DNA of 64,000 bases, from positions 96,001 to 160,000 of IMG/VR virus record IMGVR_UViG_3300021185_003351; one strand, given 5' to 3'. The stretch comes from a virus. The notes beneath the pieces were generated by a model. It was not told the origin of the DNA. It worked only from the letters and a program-made list of their open reading frames with translations, and ran no database searches. Made by a program: the position numbers and the translations under genes. Below, piece after piece: positions 19,785 to 28,350 of this stretch. The first letter of the stretch is position 1. Each line of letters begins with the position of its first letter.

Positions 19785-21034
19785 TGGATAAAAATTTTAT
19801 ATATTATCCATCGTTATCAGCTGGTAGTATGGTGTCTGCATTCAAAAAGAATACAAAATTTGAGGATGGAACTACAACAAGATTCTTTTCAAAAGAGTAT
19901 CCTGCAGAATGGAGACATCCATATTTCTTAATCACTGCTGGACATCATTTCAAAAAGATGGATTTTCGTGATCAGTTAGGTTTAGATGATGAGGTATTAG
20001 TATTCGGAGATTCAGGCGGATTCCAAATAGCAACAGGAGCTTTAAAGTGGGACGGTACTATTCGTGAAAGAATATTTGAATGGTTAGAACATAATTCAGA
20101 TGTAGCAGCAAATTTAGATATTCCACCAAGAGCAAAATATGAAAATAGATTTGCCGAATCCATGGATATTAGTTTTGATAATTTTAAATATTTTGAATCT
20201 AAACAAACTGGAAAAACTGATTTCTTAAATGTTATACAAGGAACATATACAGAAGAATATGAAGAATGGTATCATAAGTTTAAGGATTTTGCATTTAATG
20301 GTTGGTGTATCGGAGGCCCTAAGAAATTAGTAGATTTCATGTATGTTATTGCTTTAATGTTAAAGGAACGAGAATTTGAAAAGAATCATGTAAAGTATAT
20401 ACATTTACTAGGAATATCAAAAATATCAGACTTTTTTATATTAGCAACATTACAAAAGTTAATTAACAAATTAACTGATAACAGAGTATTATTCTCAACA
20501 GATTCTAGTTCACCAGGACAATATCCAGTATTTGGAACATATTTACATTCTGGGAATTATAAAACTCAAACATTTACAGAATTATACTTTCCAAAAAATA
20601 ATGAATATAGAAGAAAATCTCATGCTAATAGATCTAATAAAACAGTAGCCATTGACACTACTAAACACGTGCCATGTAGTTTAGGCTGCCCTGCTTGTAA
20701 TGATTTTACATATGATTATTTAGGAGGCCAGACAGCAACTGGGTTAGATAGATATAGCCAAGAAGGTATGCCTAGAATGGTTATACATAATACTCATTTA
20801 TATGTCGACATTGCAAAAGATGTAAGCAAACTAGTAAATAATCATGTTGAATTGTTAGAAACAGCAATTCCAAAACCATTATACGATGTTATATTATCAT
20901 TACACGATATGTTTGCCGATCCAGACAATGCAATGAGAGTATATGCGACTTATAAAAAAACATACAAAAAGTTTGGTGGTGATAGTATATCAACTACTGA
21001 CGCAAATCAATTCAATAAATTCTTTAAATTTTAA
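19784..21034 (+). CDS. dpdA: TGT-fold 7-deazaguanine transglycosylase (DpdA-like)
   Basis: DSGGFQ, LDIPP, VIQG, IGG, HLLG, TDSSS, Zn site CSLGCPAC...HN. Confidence 0.85.
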   Translation: MDKNFIYYPSLSAGSMVSAFKKNTKFEDGTTTRFFSKEYPAEWRHPYFLITAGHHFKKMDFRDQLGLDDEVLVFGDSGGFQIATGALKWDGTIRERIFEWLEHNSDVAANLDIPPRAKYENRFAESMDISFDNFKYFESKQTGKTDFLNVIQGTYTEEYEEWYHKFKDFAFNGWCIGGPKKLVDFMYVIALMLKEREFEKNHVKYIHLLGISKISDFFILATLQKLINKLTDNRVLFSTDSSSPGQYPVFGTYLHSGNYKTQTFTELYFPKNNEYRRKSHANRSNKTVAIDTTKHVPCSLGCPACNDFTYDYLGGQTATGLDRYSQEGMPRMVIHNTHLYVDIAKDVSKLVNNHVELLETAIPKPLYDVILSLHDMFADPDNAMRVYATYKKTYKKFGGDSISTTDANQFNKFFKF

Positions 21035-21046
21035 AAATAAAAGCAA

Positions 21047-21754
21047 ATGGAAAAAAGTAAATTACAATCGTTTATTAACAGATATTATCTAGCAGGAAAT
21101 TGCGAAGCTGTAACTGTTAAAGCAAATGGTCAGTCTGTTAATTGTGAATTAATAGATGTTGATCAAACAGTAGTCGGAAAAATAAAATGGAAAACAGATC
21201 CATTTATGTCTGGCGAATTAGGTATTAATCATACAGGTGGATTAACAAAAATGTTATCCGCAGTAGGTGAAAATATCGATATCAATGTACAAGAGTCTGC
21301 AGGTAAGAATTATGCTATGAAGATCAAAGAAGGAAGTACCACAATGACTTTCATGTTAGCTGATACTTCTGTTATACCAGCAGTTCCTGCAATTAACGCA
21401 GAACCAGAATATAATGTTACAATTGATATTGATGAATTATTTGTTAATAAATTTATAAAAGCAAAAAATGCATTACCAGACGCAAAGAATTTTGCAGTAC
21501 AAGTACAAAACGGTAAAATAAAGTTTATTATTAATTATACAACTATTAATTCAGACAATGTTACATTTGAAATAGATGGTGGTACAGAAGCAATGGAACC
21601 AATTTGTTTCTCTGCAGATAAACTAAAAGAAGTATTAACTGCAAATAAAGGAGATAAAGGTACAATGCATTTTTCATCTAAAGGATTAGCTAGAATAGAT
21701 TTTACAGGTCCTGACTTTGATTCAAATTATTGGTTAGTTCAATTACAAAATTAA
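21047..21754 (+). CDS. DNA polymerase sliding clamp (gp45-like)
   Basis: 235 aa two-domain beta-rich protein ending YWLVQLQN; upstream of clamp-loader genes. Confidence 0.7.
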   Translation: MEKSKLQSFINRYYLAGNCEAVTVKANGQSVNCELIDVDQTVVGKIKWKTDPFMSGELGINHTGGLTKMLSAVGENIDINVQESAGKNYAMKIKEGSTTMTFMLADTSVIPAVPAINAEPEYNVTIDIDELFVNKFIKAKNALPDAKNFAVQVQNGKIKFIINYTTINSDNVTFEIDGGTEAMEPICFSADKLKEVLTANKGDKGTMHFSSKGLARIDFTGPDFDSNYWLVQLQN

Positions 21755-21755
21755 T

Positions 21756-22184
21756 ATGGAAGTACGAGTAATAAATAAATCAGACAACGATCTTCCTGGC
21801 TATGAAACTATAGGTAGTGCCGGATGTGATGTTAGATCAACTCATGGAGCAATAATAGGACCTGGATTGAGTACTTTAATTAAAACTGGGTTATATGTAG
21901 AAATACCAGTAGGTTATGAAATACAAGTGAGGCCAAGAAGTGGATTAGCATATAAAAAACAAATAACGGTTTTAAATAGTCCTGGCACTATAGACGCAGA
22001 TTATAGAGGAGAAATTGGAGTAATTATAATTAATCACGGATTATCAAAAGTTACTTTAGAAAAAGGCGAACGAATAGGACAATTAGTATTAAATAAAGTT
22101 GAACAAATAAAATGGAATCCTGTATTAGCATTAGCCGACACTACGAGAGGTTCTGGAGGATTTGGATCAACAGGAAAACAATAA
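21756..22184 (+). CDS. dut: Trimeric dUTPase
   Basis: SAGCD, RPRSGLA, GTIDADYRGE, RIGQLV, RGSGGFGSTG. Confidence 0.96.
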   Translation: MEVRVINKSDNDLPGYETIGSAGCDVRSTHGAIIGPGLSTLIKTGLYVEIPVGYEIQVRPRSGLAYKKQITVLNSPGTIDADYRGEIGVIIINHGLSKVTLEKGERIGQLVLNKVEQIKWNPVLALADTTRGSGGFGSTGKQ

Positions 22185-22187
22185 ATT

Positions 22188-23114
22188 ATGTTTGGAGTAA
22201 CAGAAAATACACTTTGGGTAGAAGCATTTAGACCTGATACATTAGATGGATATATTGGTAATGAGCATATCATTGATAAAGTTAAAATATTCATTGAAAA
22301 TGGAGATGTTCCACATTTGCTATTTTATGGAGGAGCAGGCACAGGTAAGACTACATTAGCAAAAATTATTGCAAATAATGTAGATGCAGATTTAATGTAC
22401 ATTAATGCATCTGATGAAAACTCAGTAGACGCAGTAAGAGATAAAATAAAAAGATATGCATCTACAGTAGGATTTAAAAGATGGAAAATTGTTATATTAG
22501 ATGAAGCTGATTATCTTACCCCAAATGCACAAGCAGCATTGAGAAATATAATGGAAACATATAGTAAAACTACTAGATTTATTCTAACATGTAACTATGT
22601 TGAAAAAATTATAGATCCAATTCAAAGTAGATGTCAAACATTTGGTATTGCACCTCCTAGCAAAAAAGATGTAGCTCAACGATTAGTTACAGTATTAGAA
22701 GAAAAACAAGTTGAATATGACATTAAAGATGTTGCAGCTATTATTAATTCTTCATATCCTGATATACGTAGAGCAATTAATGCAGCACAAAGCCATGTAG
22801 TTAAAGGTAAGTTAACATTAGACAAAAATAGCGTTGTACAAGCTAATTATATGACTAAATTACTAGAGTTATTAAAGAATGTAACAGATAAAAAAGAAAC
22901 ATTTAAAAGTATCCGACAAATTATAGCAGATAGCAAAGTTAAAGATTTTACACCGCTATATACTTATTTGTATGAAAATTTAGATGAATTTGCAACTGGA
23001 TCTATTGCTTCTTGTATATTAATTATAGCAGAATCTCAGTATACTGATTCTCATGTAGTAGATAAAGAAATAAATATAATGGCAATGTTTGTTAAATTAA
23101 TGAATGAATTATGA
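22188..23114 (+). CDS. Clamp loader AAA+ subunit (RFC/gp44-like)
   Basis: WVEAFRP, GGAGTGKT, NASD, LDEAD, SRC. Confidence 0.93.
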   Translation: MFGVTENTLWVEAFRPDTLDGYIGNEHIIDKVKIFIENGDVPHLLFYGGAGTGKTTLAKIIANNVDADLMYINASDENSVDAVRDKIKRYASTVGFKRWKIVILDEADYLTPNAQAALRNIMETYSKTTRFILTCNYVEKIIDPIQSRCQTFGIAPPSKKDVAQRLVTVLEEKQVEYDIKDVAAIINSSYPDIRRAINAAQSHVVKGKLTLDKNSVVQANYMTKLLELLKNVTDKKETFKSIRQIIADSKVKDFTPLYTYLYENLDEFATGSIASCILIIAESQYTDSHVVDKEINIMAMFVKLMNEL

Positions 23115-23332
23115 TGAATCCAAATCAACCAAATATCAATCCTGCAGATTTAAAACCAATGATCTGTACAGAATGCGGAGGAATGTATTTTAGACAAGTA
23201 ATGAGTATTAACAAAGTATCTAGATTTGTAACTGGTGCAGACAAAGACACAGTAGTCCCAATACCAGTATTTAGATGTGACGATTGTGGACATGTTCCAG
23301 AAGAGTTTAGACCAGTAATACCTAGTAAGTAA
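23111..23332 (+). CDS. Zinc-ribbon hypothetical protein
   Basis: CTECGG...CDDCGH. Confidence 0.65.
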   Translation: MMNPNQPNINPADLKPMICTECGGMYFRQVMSINKVSRFVTGADKDTVVPIPVFRCDDCGHVPEEFRPVIPSK

Positions 23333-23544
23333 TGGGAGCTCCATATCCAAAAGAACCAGTAGTCTTAGTTTTCAAAACATCAAATAGGTCAAATGCTCGA
23401 ACTAAAATGAAAGTTTATAAAAATAAAAATGTTGATTATGTAAACGAAAAGAAACTTCCAGGAGTGCCAGAAAATTCAATATTTTTGGAATTAGCTATTG
23501 GAGAACATTATATTGAAAAATACAAACAAAAATATAAATTATGA
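23332..23544 (+). CDS. Hypothetical protein
   Basis: 70 aa, translationally coupled. Confidence 0.55.
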   Translation: MGAPYPKEPVVLVFKTSNRSNARTKMKVYKNKNVDYVNEKKLPGVPENSIFLELAIGEHYIEKYKQKYKL

Positions 23545-23984
23545 CAAAGAAACCTGCAACTATTTTCGATTTCATTGATGGGATGACTCATAAGAAGAAA
23601 GCTTGGTCTGAATATACAGAAATAGACCATAAAAAGTTTTCTCCTTTTCTAATTAATAGATGGTTATCAATGAGAATAGAACTAATTGAAGTTATCAATC
23701 AGTTACAGAAATACACAATAGGGTTACTATCCCATGAGAATACTTATCGTCTCTATCACGGCCTCTTACCAGCCCAGAGAACCTTTGCTAAGTACGTAAA
23801 AGGAAAAAAGGAAGATAAGTATGACAAACAGTTAGTTTCACACATTGCAGACCACTACCTAATAAGTAAAGCAGAGGCCATTGATTATATCGAGTTAATG
23901 CCAAAAGATAGTTGCAGTTCTTTGTTATCATTATATGGATATACAGAAAAAGAAATTAAAAAAATGCTAAAAGGTAAAAAATGA
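23541..23984 (+). CDS. Clamp loader small subunit (gp62-like)
   Basis: IFDFID...FSPFLINRWLS, K...KY.K, I..Y..S..EA.DY pattern; near the gp44-like gene. Confidence 0.7.
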   Translation: MTKKPATIFDFIDGMTHKKKAWSEYTEIDHKKFSPFLINRWLSMRIELIEVINQLQKYTIGLLSHENTYRLYHGLLPAQRTFAKYVKGKKEDKYDKQLVSHIADHYLISKAEAIDYIELMPKDSCSSLLSLYGYTEKEIKKMLKGKK

Positions 23985-24208
23985 CATTTGAATCAGATAA
24001 CACAGAATCAATAAATACACAATATCATTATGTTGGTAAATCTAGTTTATACAAATTTTCAGAAGAATGGGAGTTAAACTCATATGAATTTGATATTATT
24101 AAAAGAATTGTCAGGTGTAGGAAAAAAGGTCAATTTGAAGAAGACTTAAAAAAATCAAAGGATTTAATAGATATATATCTTACTGAACATTTGGATCAAT
24201 CCGAATAA
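23981..24208 (+). CDS. DUF3310-like small protein
   Basis: HY...IIKRI.R...KG..EEDLKK...I pattern. Confidence 0.55.
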   Translation: MTFESDNTESINTQYHYVGKSSLYKFSEEWELNSYEFDIIKRIVRCRKKGQFEEDLKKSKDLIDIYLTEHLDQSE

Positions 24209-24219
24209 TTTCTTATAAT
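24191..24219 (+). promoter_or_regulatory. TTGGAT-N17-TATAAT promoter
   Basis: Exact match. Confidence 0.65.
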
Positions 24220-24234
24220 ATAATAAAAAAGAAT

Positions 24235-24819
24235 ATGGCAAATAACGTATATACAGTTGTGAGTATAGAAGCTTCTAAAGAAGTTCTTAAGAATTTTGTA
24301 GACAAAATATTTACTCCAGAAGTAGAAGAAGCCAATTGGCAGAAAAAAAGTGATTTATTAGCTGACAATTTATATGGACTATTATATAAAGATTATCCAA
24401 AAGACAATTTAACTAGAGATTGGATGACTGAAAATGTAGGAGCAAAATGGTGTTTTGTACACGATTGGCAAATAGATGATGATATAATTGATTTGACATT
24501 TAATTCAGCATGGTATCCACCTGAAGAGTTGTTTCATGAAATTGCAGATTGGTTTATAAAGCGAGGAGAATTTGAAATGGAAGCTAGAAGTGAAGATGAG
24601 GCGTATTTACATGTTTCAGGAGGATATGCTAATCAAAACGGATCTGAATTTATAATGGAAGATGACAATTTGCCAGAATATCCGGATGAAGATGACTTTG
24701 AGGATAACGAAGATGAATATGCATATGATGAAGCTGTTGATAAGTTTTATGATAAAATTTCTGAAATAAAAGACGACCTTATATTAGAATGTAAACAAGA
24801 TCTTATAGTATACCCATAA
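24235..24819 (+). CDS. YubB/ferredoxin-like-fold phage protein with acidic tail
   Basis: W..EN.GAKW and F.SAW.PP motifs. Confidence 0.55.
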   Translation: MANNVYTVVSIEASKEVLKNFVDKIFTPEVEEANWQKKSDLLADNLYGLLYKDYPKDNLTRDWMTENVGAKWCFVHDWQIDDDIIDLTFNSAWYPPEELFHEIADWFIKRGEFEMEARSEDEAYLHVSGGYANQNGSEFIMEDDNLPEYPDEDDFEDNEDEYAYDEAVDKFYDKISEIKDDLILECKQDLIVYP

Positions 24820-24820
24820 T

Positions 24821-25774
24821 ATGAAAAGCGGTTACATAAATCCAGTATACAAACTATCATTAAATGATGTATCTAAAGTTCCTGCAAAGATATCTTATTC
24901 ACAATGGTCTATGTTTGAAAAGTGTCCTAGACAATGGAAGCTTTCTTATATTGACAAATTAGCTCCATTTACTCATAGTATAGCAACATGTTTTGGAACA
25001 GCATTTCATGAAACATTGCAAGAATATTTAACTGTGATGTATACTGACTCGGTTAAAGCAGCAAATGAAATTGACTTTCGTGATATGTTGCTAACATGTT
25101 TAAAGATGGAATATCAAAAAGGCGTCAAGGCAAATAATGGCGAACATTTTTCTACTCCAACTGAGTTAGCAGAACATTTAGAAGATGGTGTACAAATACT
25201 AGAATGGTTTACTAAAAGAAGAGCTCAATATTTTTCAACAAAGAATCAAGAGCTTGTTGGAATAGAAGTAGAATTAGGAGTCCCTGCTTCTCCTAGCAAT
25301 AAAAATGTATACTGGTACGGATTTATAGATATAGTAGTTAGAGATACCGTTCAGAATAAAATAAAGATACTAGATATTAAAACTAGTAGAATGGGTTGGA
25401 ATAAATGGCAAAAAGCAGACAAGTTAAAAGCTGCTCAATTGGTTGCATATAAAAAGTACTTTTCAGACCAATTTGGCACTCCAATTGATAATATTGATAT
25501 TGAGTTTTTCATAGTTAAACGAAAACTATTAGAAGAGTCAATGTTTCCTCAAAAAAGGATACAATTACTTAATCCAGCGTCTGGCTCTGTTACTAGAAAA
25601 AAAATACAACGAAGTATTGACACATTTATTGAGTATTGTTTTGATAAAGATGGTAACAAGCAAACAGATAAAAATTATTTAGCTATAGCTGGTAAAGGTG
25701 CAAAACATTGCAAATGGTGTCCTTTTAAAACAGACTATGATAATTGTCCTAAAGAAAATAGGATTCGTGAATAA
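24821..25774 (+). CDS. PD-(D/E)XK exonuclease (Cas4/RecB-like)
   Basis: SYSQ...CP, GTAFHE, GFID, DIKT, QL..Y, C-terminal CKWC...C. Confidence 0.85.
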   Translation: MKSGYINPVYKLSLNDVSKVPAKISYSQWSMFEKCPRQWKLSYIDKLAPFTHSIATCFGTAFHETLQEYLTVMYTDSVKAANEIDFRDMLLTCLKMEYQKGVKANNGEHFSTPTELAEHLEDGVQILEWFTKRRAQYFSTKNQELVGIEVELGVPASPSNKNVYWYGFIDIVVRDTVQNKIKILDIKTSRMGWNKWQKADKLKAAQLVAYKKYFSDQFGTPIDNIDIEFFIVKRKLLEESMFPQKRIQLLNPASGSVTRKKIQRSIDTFIEYCFDKDGNKQTDKNYLAIAGKGAKHCKWCPFKTDYDNCPKENRIRE

Positions 25775-25787
25775 TTTTTATTATAAT
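25759..25787 (+). promoter_or_regulatory. TAGGAT-N17-TATAAT promoter
   Basis: One-mismatch variant, 17-nt spacer. Confidence 0.55.
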
Positions 25788-25826
25788 AATAATAAGTAGT
25801 TTAACAAATAAAAAAGAAACAAATAT

Positions 25827-26180
25827 ATGAAAAAATCAATAATTACAATAGGCTTGTTTTTAATAGCAATTTCATTTTCTGCACAAGAAAAAGGACACAA
25901 AAACACTACCCCTATCAAAGATACTAAGGTTGTAGTTAACCCAATTAAACCAAATGTATTTAATCAAAAAAATAATATGGTTGTAGTCCCAGTTGCTAAT
26001 GTAAAATATCAAACATCAACTACAAGAGCAACATCATCAACTAACAGACCAGAACAGGTTAAAGGTGAAAGAAAAGACAATGTAAAAGTTGTAAATAACA
26101 GATCCAAAAATGCTCCAAAGCCAACTGGTTTAAATCCTGAAAAAGTTAAAGAAGTAACTAAAGAAAGAAACGATAAATAA
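25827..26180 (+). CDS. Secreted basic low-complexity protein
   Basis: Signal peptide MKKSIITIGLFLIAISFSA|Q; K/N/T/P-rich mature part. Confidence 0.6.
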   Translation: MKKSIITIGLFLIAISFSAQEKGHKNTTPIKDTKVVVNPIKPNVFNQKNNMVVVPVANVKYQTSTTRATSSTNRPEQVKGERKDNVKVVNNRSKNAPKPTGLNPEKVKEVTKERNDK

Positions 26181-26181
26181 T

Positions 26182-26427
26182 ATGAATGGGTTATTATTAG
26201 ACGCGTTATATGCAAAATATCATGCAGATAAAGCTGATGCAGTTGCTAGATTAGATATTTACCTAAACAATTCTGTTGGTATTGGAGAACATCCGCAACA
26301 TACAGAAGAAATGGATAATATAGTAGCACAATTTGCAGACGCACAAGACAAATTAGAATCTTTAAAAATGATGCTTTCTCATATAAGCAACGGAAATATG
26401 TCACAAAAAGAACTTTTAAATGACTAA
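26182..26427 (+). CDS. Hypothetical phage protein
   Basis: YL.N.VGIGEHP motif, helical. Confidence 0.6.
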   Translation: MNGLLLDALYAKYHADKADAVARLDIYLNNSVGIGEHPQHTEEMDNIVAQFADAQDKLESLKMMLSHISNGNMSQKELLND

Positions 26428-26824
26428 AATTGCAGTTGTTGGAAATAAAGAATGGCAAAATAAAAGAAAAATACAAAAAGTACTGTTAGAACTAAGACAA
26501 AAATTTAAAGAAGAATTAATATTAATTGGAGCTGGCGGGTCTGAAGGAGCAAATTATATGATTAGAAAATTTGCATTAGAATTTGGAATTAAATATCAAG
26601 AATATAATGCATCATATACTGGATATAATTTGTATTCAGCATTACCAGAATCATATTATGGAAAGAATTATCACTTTTCTCAGTTATTACATCGAATGAA
26701 AATTTTAGCTGAAAATTGTGATTATTTAATGATTTTAAATAACCAAATAGATTTGAACCCACAACTGCAAACAGCATATAATAAAGTTACAAAGTTAAAT
26801 AAGCCTGTTGTTGTATTAGGTTGA
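26420..26824 (+). CDS. SLOG/YspA-like (DUF2493-type) protein
   Basis: KIAVVG, IGAGGSEGAN...A, K.V.V C-terminus. Confidence 0.55.
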   Translation: MTKIAVVGNKEWQNKRKIQKVLLELRQKFKEELILIGAGGSEGANYMIRKFALEFGIKYQEYNASYTGYNLYSALPESYYGKNYHFSQLLHRMKILAENCDYLMILNNQIDLNPQLQTAYNKVTKLNKPVVVLG

Positions 26825-26832
26825 TATTTATA
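26824..26832 (+). promoter_or_regulatory. ATATTTATA putative late promoter of the glycan locus
   Basis: Recurrent 9-mer at the head of the locus. Confidence 0.5.
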
Positions 26833-26859
26833 TTAAATAAGTTATAAATAAGGACATAA

Positions 26860-28350
26860 ATGGAGTTACCAAAGTTAAAAAAAATAGACTCAAACAAACA
26901 AAAAAAGAAAAAGATATTATTACTAGCTGATGATTTAAGATTACCATCAGGCATAGGAACAATATCAAAAGAAATTGTGTTGAACACAGTACGCCAATAT
27001 GATTGGGTACAAATTGGAGCAGCAATGAATCATCCAGATGCTGGTAAAATGTTCGACGTTTCAAAAGACGTAGCAAAAGAATCTGGAATAGAAGATGCAG
27101 TTGTTAAAATTATTCCATCAAATGGATATGGTGATAGAAACTTATTATTTGCTGTATTACATCAAGAGAAACCAGATGCTATATTTCATTTCACAGATCC
27201 TAGATATTGGGAATGGTTATATGCTATTGAACATGAAATAAAAACAACATTTAATATTCCAATCATATATTATTCAATTTGGGACGATCTACCATATCCA
27301 ATGTGGAATGCGCCCTTTTATGCGAGCTGTGACCTAATAATGGGAATTTCTAAGCAATCTGATAATATACATCGAGAAGTGTTGTTACAGAACGATTATG
27401 GGGTGTATGACTTTGATGCAGAAGAAAATAAAGAAGATCCTGAATTAGAGTGGGATGAAGTTGTAACAGGATATGTTCCACACGGATTAAATCACAACGC
27501 TTACAAGACATTATTAGAGTCTGATGAGTTATATGAAAGATTCTATACTGATATAAAAGTGAAAAATGATGTCGACTTTGTTGTATTTTGGAATAATAGG
27601 AATATTAGAAGAAAACAGCCAGGCGATGTTGTACTAGCTTTCCAGCATTTCAGAAACATGTTACCAAAAGATAAAAAAGATCGAGTAGCTTTATTAATGC
27701 ATACTCAACCGTCTGATTCAAACGGTACAGATATAAGAGCTGTTTGGAAAAACATAGCACCAGAATGTAAAGTTATATTTTCTGAAAAGAAATTAACATT
27801 ACAAGAATTAAATGCAATGTATAATATTTCAGATGTTGTATTAAATATTGCTTCAAACGAAGGATGGGGGTTAAGTAGCACAGAAGCATTATTATCAGGT
27901 ACTCCAATTGTTAATAATGTAACTGGAGGGTTACAAGATCAATGTAGATTTGAAGATGAAAATGGAGAATGGATTACATTTGACGGTACATTCTCGACAA
28001 ATCATAAAGGAAGATATAAAAAACATGGAAAGTGGGTAAGACCAGTATTTCCTTCAAATAGATCATGCCAAGGATCGCCAGTCACTCCTTATATATTTGA
28101 CGATCGTGCACAATTCGAGGATGTAGGAGATGCATTATTATATTGGTGGAATATGCCAAAAGAACAACGAGAAGAATGTGGAGAAGCTGGAAGAGAGTTT
28201 TGTTTAAATCATGGATTAACAGCAAAACAAATGGGTGACAAAATGATAGAAATAATGGATTTCTTATTTAAATATCCAAAAAAATCTAGGCCTAAATATA
28301 CATTAAGAAAAGTAACAAATAAACAATATAAAGAAATGGGAATAGTATGA
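26860..28350 (+). CDS. GT-B (GT4-like) glycosyltransferase
   Basis: SGIGT, VPHG, NRNIRRKQ, EGWGLSSTEA...GTP. Confidence 0.85.
   Translation: MELPKLKKIDSNKQKKKKILLLADDLRLPSGIGTISKEIVLNTVRQYDWVQIGAAMNHPDAGKMFDVSKDVAKESGIEDAVVKIIPSNGYGDRNLLFAVLHQEKPDAIFHFTDPRYWEWLYAIEHEIKTTFNIPIIYYSIWDDLPYPMWNAPFYASCDLIMGISKQSDNIHREVLLQNDYGVYDFDAEENKEDPELEWDEVVTGYVPHGLNHNAYKTLLESDELYERFYTDIKVKNDVDFVVFWNNRNIRRKQPGDVVLAFQHFRNMLPKDKKDRVALLMHTQPSDSNGTDIRAVWKNIAPECKVIFSEKKLTLQELNAMYNISDVVLNIASNEGWGLSSTEALLSGTPIVNNVTGGLQDQCRFEDENGEWITFDGTFSTNHKGRYKKHGKWVRPVFPSNRSCQGSPVTPYIFDDRAQFEDVGDALLYWWNMPKEQREECGEAGREFCLNHGLTAKQMGDKMIEIMDFLFKYPKKSRPKYTLRKVTNKQYKEMGIV

Noticed and set aside
19784-21034. Ordinary tRNA-guanine transglycosylase (queuosine auxiliary gene)
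   Set aside because: Divergent from bacterial Tgt outside the core motifs, no queA/queF/queG, and located inside the replisome cluster. DNA-directed DpdA is more likely, though not proven.
24821-25774. Cas4-like gene as part of a CRISPR-Cas system
   Set aside because: No cas1/cas2 or array in the window; stand-alone Cas4/RecB-like nucleases are common in phage replication regions.
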